A stretch of 64,000 bases of DNA, taken from the NCBI RefSeq assembly GCF_965208475.1, contig NZ_OZ242338.1, positions 1,426,782 to 1,490,781 on the forward strand, written 5' to 3'. This document shows positions 15,400 to 23,526 of this stretch, in pieces. A program made the translations under genes and the position numbers. The notes beneath the pieces are model-generated. The model was not told where the DNA came from. It made no database searches and saw only the letters and a program-made list of their open reading frames with translations. Within the stretch, counting starts at the first letter, position 1; each line of letters opens with the position of its first letter. Origin of the DNA: Candidatus Poriferisocius sp. Lineage in GTDB: Bacteria > Actinomycetota > Acidimicrobiia > Acidimicrobiales > Bin134.

Positions 15400-16416
15400 A
15401 TGGAGGTGGCGGCTGTTGCCGTGGTGGGACACCACTTGTGTTCCAGGCTGGCCGATGTCACCGACGATTTAACCGCCTTGGAGTCGAGCGGGTTCTGGGC
15501 GGTGGCCATCGACTTCCACGGCAAAGCGGTGTGCGCCCGCTTCGACTCGGTGCGCCCCGCCCGCCCCTGGAAGGGCCGTCCCTGGAAGGGCCTCCCGGCC
15601 GACACCTGGACCAGCTCATTGGATCGGGCCGGTTTCGGCGCCGGTGTGTCGGCCATCCGGGAGATGATCGGCGCCGGCGACGTCTATCAGGTGAACCTCA
15701 CCCGCCGGCTGAGCGCGCCGCTCATCGATCCCGACACCGACATCGCCGCGTTGGGGGCGGCCCTAGCCGAGGGCAACCCCGCACCCTACGCCGCAGTGCT
15801 GCGCCTGCCCGATCACGGGGTGCACATCGCCTCGGCCTCACCGGAGCGGTTTGTGGTCCGCGACGGTCGGTGGGTGGAGTCGTCCCCCATCAAGGGAACC
15901 GCGGCCGAGCCGTCTGGGCTTACCCCCAAAGACCAAGCCGAGAATCTGATGATCGTGGATCTCGTGCGCAACGATCTGGGGCGGGTCTGCGACTACGGAA
16001 CGATCAGCGTGCCCGCTCTCTTCTCCCTGGAGCACCATCCTGGGCTCGTACACCTGGTTAGCACCGTTCAAGGGCGACTGCGCCCCGGCTGCGGGTGGCC
16101 CGAGCTGATCTCGGCAACATTCCCCCCCGGATCGGTCACCGGCGCCCCCAAACTAGCTGCGCTCGACGCCGTTGCCGCCTTGGAGCCGCAGGCCCGCGGG
16201 GTGTATTGCGGGGCCGTGGGCTGGGTGGACGCCGACCGGGGCAAGGGCGACTTGAACGTGGCCATCCGCACGCTGTGGATCGAAGACGGCCACCTCCACT
16301 TGGGCACCGGCGGCGGCATCACCTACGACAGCGACCCCGATGACGAGTGGCGGGAAACCGAGTTGAAGGCCGAGCGGCTGCTGGCTGTGGCCACCGGGGA
16401 GTACATCCACCTATGA
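15400..16416 (+). CDS. pabB: Aminodeoxychorismate synthase component I (short chorismate-binding enzyme)
   Basis: 'GDVYQVNLTRRL', 'SPERF', 'PKDQAENLMIVDLVRND' and 'FPPGSVTGAPKLAA' chorismate-utilising enzyme motifs. Confidence 0.8.
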   Translation: MEVAAVAVVGHHLCSRLADVTDDLTALESSGFWAVAIDFHGKAVCARFDSVRPARPWKGRPWKGLPADTWTSSLDRAGFGAGVSAIREMIGAGDVYQVNLTRRLSAPLIDPDTDIAALGAALAEGNPAPYAAVLRLPDHGVHIASASPERFVVRDGRWVESSPIKGTAAEPSGLTPKDQAENLMIVDLVRNDLGRVCDYGTISVPALFSLEHHPGLVHLVSTVQGRLRPGCGWPELISATFPPGSVTGAPKLAALDAVAALEPQARGVYCGAVGWVDADRGKGDLNVAIRTLWIEDGHLHLGTGGGITYDSDPDDEWRETELKAERLLAVATGEYIHL

Positions 16417-17252
16417 GCTCTGCTGAGCCCCGCATCGTTTGGATCAACGGGGCGCTGGTTCCCGAGGACCAAGCCCGGATCTCCCCGTTCGACCACGGCT
16501 GGCTGGTGGGAGACGCGGTGTTCGAGACCCTGGTCATCGTGCGGGGCATGCCGTTCGCCGCTCGCCGCCACTTGGAGCGGCTGGCCTATTCGGCCGAGCA
16601 CCTGGGCGTGGCGGTGCCCGACGCCGATGTGCTTCAAGAGGCAATGGTTGCGGTGGCCGCGGCCAACCAGCTCGAAGAGGGGCGGTTGCGGGTCACCGTC
16701 AGCAGCGGCACCGGGCCGCTGGGCAGCAACCGGGGCGACAGCCCGCCCACCGCCACGGTGGCCGCCACCCCCCAAGCCCCGTGGCCCGACACCACTTCGG
16801 TTGCCACCGTCGAATGGACCATCAACGAGCACAGCCCTTTGGCCGGCCTCAAAACCGTTTCCTACGGCGCCAACGTGCGGGCCCTGGCCGCGGCCAAGGC
16901 GGCCGGGGCCGGCGAGGCCATCTTCGCCAACACCCGGGGACTTCTCTGCGAGGGCACCGGCAGCAACGTGTTCCTGGCTTATCAGGGCCAGCTCATCACC
17001 CCTTCGCTGGCCTCGGGATGCCTGGCCGGCATCACCCGCCAACTGGTGATCGATCTGACCGGCGCGGTCGAACAAGACGTGCCCCTCAGCGCCCTCGCCG
17101 CCGCCGACGAGGCGTTTCTCACCTCCACCACCCGCGACGTTCAACCAGTCCACGCCGTCGACGGCCAGCGGCTGCCCGCCGCCCCCGGCCCCGTTACCCA
17201 AGCCGCCGCCCAAGCCTTCGCCCACCTCAAAGCGACCCAGATTGACCCCTGA
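16413..17252 (+). CDS. pabC: Aminodeoxychorismate lyase / class IV aminotransferase
   Basis: 'WINGALVPEDQARISPFDHGWLVGDAVFETL' fold-type IV PLP enzyme N-terminus. Its ATG overlaps the pabB TGA (ATGA). Confidence 0.7.
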   Translation: MSSAEPRIVWINGALVPEDQARISPFDHGWLVGDAVFETLVIVRGMPFAARRHLERLAYSAEHLGVAVPDADVLQEAMVAVAAANQLEEGRLRVTVSSGTGPLGSNRGDSPPTATVAATPQAPWPDTTSVATVEWTINEHSPLAGLKTVSYGANVRALAAAKAAGAGEAIFANTRGLLCEGTGSNVFLAYQGQLITPSLASGCLAGITRQLVIDLTGAVEQDVPLSALAAADEAFLTSTTRDVQPVHAVDGQRLPAAPGPVTQAAAQAFAHLKATQIDP

Positions 17253-17985
17253 GGCGGACAACATCTCCAACCACAACCCTTATCCCCCCCTCCAGAAGTA
17301 GCGCACCCCGCTCATCCAAGTCTTCGGCCAAACCCTCCAACACCGTTCCGTCGCCGAGCTCCACCGACACTCGGCAGCCCAAAGTGGCCGACTCGCGGCG
17401 CGCCGCCGCCATCAACGCAGCCTGGCCGGTTGCTACCTCGATTCTCTCCATCCAGTAGGCGAAACCGGTCAGAATCTCTGCCAGCAGCTCTCGGCGGTCG
17501 ATCACCTCACCACACACATCCTCAAGGGCTACGGAGGTTTCGGCAGCTTCGGAAGGCGCAGCACCCGTGCGCACGTTGAGACCCATGCCCACCACAACCG
17601 CCTCCAGCCGTCCCCCGGCCATAATTGACTCGGCCAGCACGCCGGCCAGTTTCCGATCGCCCACAACCAGATCGTTCGGCCACTTCAGCCCCGGCCGCAC
17701 CCCGGCTTGAGCCCGACACGCCTCCACTGCTGCTAGGGCCAACGCGGTGGTCGCCAAGTGGGACGACTCAACGGCGAGCCTGGGCCTTGTCAGCACCGAG
17801 AACAACAGGCCTGACTCCGGAGACGCATCCCAGGTTCTCCCCCGTCGGCCTCGTCCGGAGCGCTGGTAGTCGGCCACCAGGACTTTGCCGGGCTCGGCGC
17901 CGATACGGGCCGCAGCCAGGAGGTCGGCATTGGTCGAGCCGGTTTCAGCAACCCATTCCACCCGAAACCCTGAGACTCCCCTCAC
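17227..17985 (-). CDS. birA: Biotin--[acetyl-CoA-carboxylase] ligase
   Basis: 'GSTNADLL' and 'YQRSGRGRRGRTW' (GRGRxGRxW) motifs. Confidence 0.85.
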   Translation of the reverse strand: MRGVSGFRVEWVAETGSTNADLLAAARIGAEPGKVLVADYQRSGRGRRGRTWDASPESGLLFSVLTRPRLAVESSHLATTALALAAVEACRAQAGVRPGLKWPNDLVVGDRKLAGVLAESIMAGGRLEAVVVGMGLNVRTGAAPSEAAETSVALEDVCGEVIDRRELLAEILTGFAYWMERIEVATGQAALMAAARRESATLGCRVSVELGDGTVLEGLAEDLDERGALLLEGGIRVVVGDVVRLRGQSGSL

Positions 17986-18059
17986 ATCCTCACCCCTGCT
18001 CCCATATTCCCATCGGCCAGTATTCGCGTGTTCAAGAAACTCTCTGCCACCATATTGCC

Positions 18060-19820
18060 GTGTTGTCCAAGGTTCTGGTCGCGAACCGGGGGGAGATCGC
18101 CGTCCGGGTTATCCGGGCCTGCCGGGAGATGGGCATCGCCACGGTGGCGGTGTACTCCGATCTCGACCGCGGCGCCCTCCACGTGCGCATGGCCGACGAA
18201 GCCCACGCGCTGGGCGGCCAGACCGCGGCCGAGAGCTACCTGAACACCGAGGCCATCCTCGGGATCATCGAGCGCTCCGGGGCCGACGGCGTCCACCCCG
18301 GCTACGGGTTCTTCTCCGAGAACGCCGACTTCGCCCGGGCCATCACCGCCCGGGGGGTGGCGTTCATCGGCCCCAACCCCGAGGCGATAGAGATCATGGG
18401 CGACAAGATCTCCGCCCGCCAGGCCGCCGAGCGGGTGGGGGTCCAAGGCGTGCCCGGCACCACCGAGCTCATCACCGACCCCGCCCAAGTGCGGGCCTTC
18501 GGGGCCGAATACGGCTACCCGGTGGCCATCAAGGCGGCCTACGGGGGCGGCGGCCGGGGCATGAAAGTGGTGTCCGACGAGGGCGCGGTGGACGAGGCCA
18601 TCGAGTCGGCCCAGCGGGAGGCGCTCAGCTATTTCGGACGCGACGAGATCTACATGGAGAGATATCTGGAGAGGCCCCGCCATGTGGAGGTGCAGGTGCT
18701 GGCCGACGGCCACGGCAACTGCGTGTACCTGGGCACCCGCGACTGCTCGGCCCAGCGCCGTCATCAAAAGCTCATCGAGGAGGCCCCCGCGGCGGGCATC
18801 GACCCCGATGTGCTCGCCGCCATGGGGGAGGCCGCGGTCAAGGTGGCCCACGGCTGCGACTACGTGAATGCCGGAACGGTGGAGTTCCTGTATGAGGACG
18901 GCGCGTTCTACTACTTGGAGATGAACACCAGGCTCCAGGTGGAGCACCCGGCCACCGAGTTGGTGACCGGGATCGACTTGGTGGAGCAGCAGATCCGGGT
19001 GGCCTCGGGCGAGCCGCTGCCGTTCACCCAGGAGGAAGTGGCCATCTCCGGCCACGCCATCGAGGTGCGCATCAACGCCGAAGACCCCGCCGAGGGTGCA
19101 TTTTTGCCGTCGCCGGGGCCGATTGCCGGCCTGCGCCTGCCCAGCGGCTTCGGCACCCGCTGGGACGGCGGCTACGAGGCCGGCGACGAGATCAGCCAGT
19201 TCTACGACAACTTGGTAGGCAAGCTGATCTGCTGGGGCCGGGACCGGCCCACCGCCATTGCCCGCACCCTGCGGGCCCTCGATGAGCTGGAGGTGAGCGG
19301 AGTGGCCACCACTATCGCCGCCGATGCGGCCATTCTGGCCCACCCCGATTTCGCCGCCTTGGCCCACTCCACCAAGTGGGTGGAGGAGACCCTCGACCTC
19401 ACCGGGGTCGGGGCGGCCGCCACTGCGCCACCAGAGGTTGACAGCGACGAGCCCCGGGTGCAGCGAGACATCGATGTGGAGGTCAACGGCCAGCGCTTCT
19501 CGGTGCGGATGTGGGTGCCGGAGACCGCGGCAGCCGCGGCTCCGGCAACCGGTGCGGCCAAGCGCCCCAAGCGGGCGGGCGCCGGCAAGAGCGGGGGCAC
19601 CGGGGGCAGCGGCGACGTGGTAGTTCCCATGCAGGGCACCATCGTGAAGGTGATGGTGGCCGAAGGCGACTCGGTGGACGCGGGAGACGCCATCGTGGTG
19701 CTGGAAGCCATGAAGATGGAGAACAACGTCTGCGCCGAGAAGCCCGGCACAGTGGTTGAGATCCGGGTCGCCGAGGGCGACTCGGTGGGCAGCGGAGACG
19801 TGGTCGCGGTCATCGAATAG
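18060..19820 (+). CDS. accA: Acetyl/propionyl-CoA carboxylase alpha subunit (biotin carboxylase + BCCP)
   Basis: 'KVLVANRGEIAVRVIRACREMGI', ATP-grasp region, and C-terminal 'LEAMKMEN' biotinylation motif. GTG start at 18060; the ORF-track N-terminal extension is non-coding-like. Confidence 0.9.
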   Translation: MLSKVLVANRGEIAVRVIRACREMGIATVAVYSDLDRGALHVRMADEAHALGGQTAAESYLNTEAILGIIERSGADGVHPGYGFFSENADFARAITARGVAFIGPNPEAIEIMGDKISARQAAERVGVQGVPGTTELITDPAQVRAFGAEYGYPVAIKAAYGGGGRGMKVVSDEGAVDEAIESAQREALSYFGRDEIYMERYLERPRHVEVQVLADGHGNCVYLGTRDCSAQRRHQKLIEEAPAAGIDPDVLAAMGEAAVKVAHGCDYVNAGTVEFLYEDGAFYYLEMNTRLQVEHPATELVTGIDLVEQQIRVASGEPLPFTQEEVAISGHAIEVRINAEDPAEGAFLPSPGPIAGLRLPSGFGTRWDGGYEAGDEISQFYDNLVGKLICWGRDRPTAIARTLRALDELEVSGVATTIAADAAILAHPDFAALAHSTKWVEETLDLTGVGAAATAPPEVDSDEPRVQRDIDVEVNGQRFSVRMWVPETAAAAAPATGAAKRPKRAGAGKSGGTGGSGDVVVPMQGTIVKVMVAEGDSVDAGDAIVVLEAMKMENNVCAEKPGTVVEIRVAEGDSVGSGDVVAVIE

Positions 19821-19885
19821 CGAGGCTGGAGACGAGGCAGGGGCTGTCTGCAAGGCTGAACCACCGGTAGCATCGATCTAGCTTC

Positions 19886-21280
19886 ATGGCCGCGCTCAAA
19901 GTCATCGCCCCAGGTTCACCCGACATCGGCCTCGACCCCGACGACATAGCTGTACATCTGCCCGGCGACGCCCAGCTCGAGCCCAGGGCTGGCCAAGAGA
20001 TCCTGGCAGCAATGGCCGAACACCCCCAGGCGGTCGCAATCTACTGGGACATCATGGTGGGTGATCGGCGTCAAGCCCGGCCGGCGTGGTCGCCCACCAG
20101 GGTGCAATCCGAGCCGGGCGTGTGCCTGCCCCTCGCCGTCCGGGCGAACTGGCCACAGTTCGACCCGGCGGGCGGCCCCCAGGAAGTGGAACGCCGATTG
20201 GCCGAATCCAACGCAGTGGTTCTCCATGTCCCGAGCGTGCTCACCCGCCACGCTGGTCCAGCCGGCCCCCCGGCAGAACTCGTGGCCGACGACCCCCGGT
20301 TCGAGCCCGGCCCCCGGCCCGCCACTCGCCGCCGGAGCGCCTTTGGCCCGGGCCAGGCCAGCACGTCGATCATCATCCCCAGCGCTGGGCGCTCCCTTCC
20401 GGGGTCAACCGCCCCGATGCTGGCCCGCTGCCTGGAGACGCTCGCGCTTCTCGACCCCCCGCCGTTGGAGGCAATCGTGGTGATCGGCGATGAATACCAG
20501 GGCGACCTGCCTACACAGGCTGACGGCCTGCCGGTGCAGGTCGCACACCGCGGCGCCGGGCCTTTCGACTTCTCCAAAGCCGTCAACTGCGGCCTTTTGG
20601 CCAGCCGGGGCGAGCTCGTGCTGCTGTTCAACGACGACATCGAGGCCGAGACGACCGACTGGCTGGGCCGCATGGCCGCACACCTCCAGGATCCCACCGT
20701 GGGCGCGGTGGGCGCCGCACTGCTCTATCCCAACCGGACGGTGCAGCACGTGGGCATGGTGATCGACGGCGCCCACCCCCTTCACGCCTTTCAGAACCAC
20801 GAGCTGGCCGATACAGCCGCCCACGGCGGCGATGTGGCCCGCGACACAATCGGCGTGACCGGCGCCTGTCTGCTGGCTCGCCGACCCGATCTTCTGGCCG
20901 TCGGCGGCCTGTCCCAGGAGTATCCCGTCTCCTATGGCGATATCGACCTGTGCCTGCGGTTGCGCCGATCGGGATTCCGAGTGGTGGTCGAGCCCGCTGC
21001 GGTGCTGGTCCACCATGAGAGCGCCAGCCGAGAGCGGGTTATCGAGCCGTGGGAATGGGGCAGATTCATCTATCGATGGGGCGAAGTGGACGATCCGTGG
21101 TACCACCCCGGCTACCACAGGCCCGACGAACCGGACCACAAGAACCGCAACGCCGACCACCTCGGCCCAGTTGATCCCGATGCGTCATGGCCCTCCCGCG
21201 GCCCGGTGATCCAATCGAGGATGCATGAGTCTCAGATCCATGAATACCGGCTGGGAATCCCTCCTAGGATTCACCCATGA
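19886..21280 (+). CDS. Glycosyltransferase family 2 with N-terminal extension
   Basis: 'TSIIIPSAGRS', 'FDFSKAVNCG' and 'LLFNDDIEA' (DxD) GT-A motifs. Confidence 0.75.
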   Translation: MAALKVIAPGSPDIGLDPDDIAVHLPGDAQLEPRAGQEILAAMAEHPQAVAIYWDIMVGDRRQARPAWSPTRVQSEPGVCLPLAVRANWPQFDPAGGPQEVERRLAESNAVVLHVPSVLTRHAGPAGPPAELVADDPRFEPGPRPATRRRSAFGPGQASTSIIIPSAGRSLPGSTAPMLARCLETLALLDPPPLEAIVVIGDEYQGDLPTQADGLPVQVAHRGAGPFDFSKAVNCGLLASRGELVLLFNDDIEAETTDWLGRMAAHLQDPTVGAVGAALLYPNRTVQHVGMVIDGAHPLHAFQNHELADTAAHGGDVARDTIGVTGACLLARRPDLLAVGGLSQEYPVSYGDIDLCLRLRRSGFRVVVEPAAVLVHHESASRERVIEPWEWGRFIYRWGEVDDPWYHPGYHRPDEPDHKNRNADHLGPVDPDASWPSRGPVIQSRMHESQIHEYRLGIPPRIHP

Positions 21281-21603
21281 CCCCCGACCTGATCGATGGC
21301 GAGGACCGCGAGCAGCTCCGCCACGAGATTCTTCGCCTGCGAGATCAAGCCCTCGGGGCCGAGGTTCAATGCCAGTATCTTCGCGACCGGGTCGCCGAAC
21401 TGGAAGACCAGGTGGCCGAGCGGGACGCCCGCATCGCGGAGTGGAAGGACCGCGTCGCCGAGCGGGACACCCGAATCGCGGAGCGGGACACCCGAATCGC
21501 GGAGCGGGACGCCGAGATCCTCCGCCTGCGCGTTGACCTGAACCGTCCGGCCATCATCCGGCTCGCTCGGCGAATCGCCCGAAGACCGCTCCCAGATGCC
21601 TAG
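21277..21603 (+). CDS. Small coiled-coil protein built from 21-bp (heptad) tandem repeats
   Basis: 'VAERDARIAEWKDRVAERDTRIAERDTRIAERDAEILRL'. ATGA overlap with the upstream GT2 and an 8-nt overlap with the downstream gene. Confidence 0.6.
   Translation: MTPDLIDGEDREQLRHEILRLRDQALGAEVQCQYLRDRVAELEDQVAERDARIAEWKDRVAERDTRIAERDTRIAERDAEILRLRVDLNRPAIIRLARRIARRPLPDA
21418..21522 (+). repeat. Five tandem 21-bp units, two of them identical (21460-21480 and 21481-21501)
   Basis: gagcgggacacccgaatcgcg occurs twice perfectly, flanked by diverged units with the same 21-nt period. Confidence 0.9.
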
Positions 21604-22456
21604 ACCCGACCTCTCGGATGCCGAAGGGGTCGGCGCGGCCATCGAGGCTGAAGCCGAGAAGCAGCGCCGCGGCGACCGCTCCCTGGCCCAGTTCGAACTC
21701 GAGATCGAGCAGACATGGGCCGACGTCGCCCCTACTGAGGCTCCTGTTGACGGCGACGGCCCTCCCTTGGACCAGACCGCGAGACTGGCCGTGCTCGATC
21801 CACAGGTGCCCATCGGATCGCGTCGGGGATTGCGCGGCATCAAATGGGTGATCCGCAAACTGGCCTACTGGTATGTCCGGTTCTTGACCGACCAGTTCAA
21901 CGTGTTTGCCGAAATGCTCATGCGGCACCTGCGCAGCCTCGAAGCCCGCCTTGGAAAACTGGAGGCCGCCGCCGGCCATCCGGTGGCTCTCTCTGGCCAG
22001 TCGGCCTCGGACTGGCTGGACGACCCCCCTGAGCTTTCACCCGCCGTGGTGGCTTGCGTGGCCGGTTTGGCGGGCCCGGGGCCTTGCCTGGTGCTCTCTG
22101 GGGGGGAGGGCGCCATGGTCGAGGCCGACGATGAGGGATTCGGCACGATCATTCTGGCGGGATTCGTGGAGAAGCTGCCGGTGAGCGACCTGTTGGGGGT
22201 GATCCACGAAGCCGGTCGGAAGCTCGGCGATAACGGCCGGATCATCGTGGCGGTGGCCGATCCGACAAACCGGGGCCGAGTCGATTCGGAACTGGGATCA
22301 GGGCTGGGCATCTCGCCGACCTCGTGGCGGCACCTCTTGGAGCGGGCCGGCTTCAACGCCCGCCTAGTGCCCTGCTCTGACACCCGCATAACGGAGATCG
22401 TCGTGGCCGACCGCTCGACAAGCCCGTCGCGCGACTCCGTCCAAAGCCAGCCATGA
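21596..22456 (+). CDS. Hypothetical protein, class-I methyltransferase-like C-terminal half (degenerate SAM motif)
   Basis: 'FGTIILAGFVEKLPVSDLLGVIHEAGRKLGDNGRIIV' resembles MTase motifs II-III. Motif I is weak (LVLSGGEGA). The N-terminal half is helical/coiled. Confidence 0.5.
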   Translation: MPRPDLSDAEGVGAAIEAEAEKQRRGDRSLAQFELEIEQTWADVAPTEAPVDGDGPPLDQTARLAVLDPQVPIGSRRGLRGIKWVIRKLAYWYVRFLTDQFNVFAEMLMRHLRSLEARLGKLEAAAGHPVALSGQSASDWLDDPPELSPAVVACVAGLAGPGPCLVLSGGEGAMVEADDEGFGTIILAGFVEKLPVSDLLGVIHEAGRKLGDNGRIIVAVADPTNRGRVDSELGSGLGISPTSWRHLLERAGFNARLVPCSDTRITEIVVADRSTSPSRDSVQSQP

Positions 22457-23520
22457 GCCCTGCTGTCGACATTTTGGTTCCGCAGATGGCCTCGGGGGAC
22501 GCCACTAGCAACCACACCCGTCTGATTCGAGAACTCATCGAGGACAGGGGAATGCGAGTTCGCATCGTGGTCGAGCGCAAAACCCGGTCAGCCAGGGGCA
22601 CCGTCTCCATCGAGAAATGGAAGGCCGATGGCCGGATGGCGATACTCCAGCACTCCATCGGCTCGGAGGTTGCCCAGCAGGTGATCCGGCGCAATATCCC
22701 GATCGTGTTGAATTACCACAACATCACACCCTCGAGATTCTTCGGCGCCTGGCAGCCGGAGTTGGCCAAGAGCGTTGAGCGGGGACGCCAGCAACTAGGC
22801 CAATTGGCAGCCCTCACTGTTCGGGGCATCGCCGACTCCGAGTACAACGCTCAAGAGCTCAGAGACTTGGGCATCGACGACGTGGTGGTTTCACCCGTGC
22901 TGTGGCAGATGTCCGGCGCCACAGCCCGAGCTGCTCAAAACAACGGGGCGGCATCTGATGGCTCGGCGGCATCTGAGGACGGCGGGACCGTGCTGTTCGT
23001 GGGGCGGCTGGTGCCCAACAAGTGCCAGCACGACCTCATCGCCGCCTTCGCCGTCCTTTCCCGGTTCCGGCCCCGGTCGCGGCTAGTGCTGGTGGGCGAC
23101 GCCTCCCCGCCCCGATACCTGCAATCCCTGAGATACCTCGCCCGGCGGCTCGATGTTCATGATCGGGTGGTTTTCGCCGGCAAAGTCTCCAATCAAGGCT
23201 TGTTGCATTGGTATCAGACGTCGGATGTGTTCGCCTGCGCGTCAGAACACGAGGGTTTCGGGGTACCCCTGGTGGAAGCCATGGCCAGCGGCCTGCCGGT
23301 GGTGGCCTATGACGCGGCCGCGGTGGCCGAAACGGTCGGCGACTCCGGCATCGTGCTCAAAGACAAGCGGCCGCTGACCATGGCCCTGGCCCTGCACCGG
23401 GTGCTGGGCGACGGCCGGCTCAACCAGTGTCTGCGCGACCAAGGCATTGAATCGGCCCAGCGATTCGATATCTCAGTCACCCGCGAGCAGATGTGGACCG
23501 CCCTGAAGGACTTGCTCTAG
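22453..23520 (+). CDS. Glycosyltransferase family 4
   Basis: 'ACASEHEGFGVPLVEAMASGLPVVAYDAAAVAETVGDSG' GT1/GT4 motif. Confidence 0.8.
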   Translation: MSPAVDILVPQMASGDATSNHTRLIRELIEDRGMRVRIVVERKTRSARGTVSIEKWKADGRMAILQHSIGSEVAQQVIRRNIPIVLNYHNITPSRFFGAWQPELAKSVERGRQQLGQLAALTVRGIADSEYNAQELRDLGIDDVVVSPVLWQMSGATARAAQNNGAASDGSAASEDGGTVLFVGRLVPNKCQHDLIAAFAVLSRFRPRSRLVLVGDASPPRYLQSLRYLARRLDVHDRVVFAGKVSNQGLLHWYQTSDVFACASEHEGFGVPLVEAMASGLPVVAYDAAAVAETVGDSGIVLKDKRPLTMALALHRVLGDGRLNQCLRDQGIESAQRFDISVTREQMWTALKDLL

Positions 23521-23526
23521 GAGTAG

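Noticed and set aside
17982-19853. 623-aa ORF antisense to accA. Similar long antisense ORFs occur at 54430-56073 (ileS), 16323-17276 (pabC), 43842-45182 and 45303-46373 (dnaE), and 12977-14293 (MTase).
   Set aside because: The opposite strand carries unambiguous motif-rich genes. These frames give Gly/Arg/Pro/His-rich sequence without motifs, so they are GC-driven artefacts.
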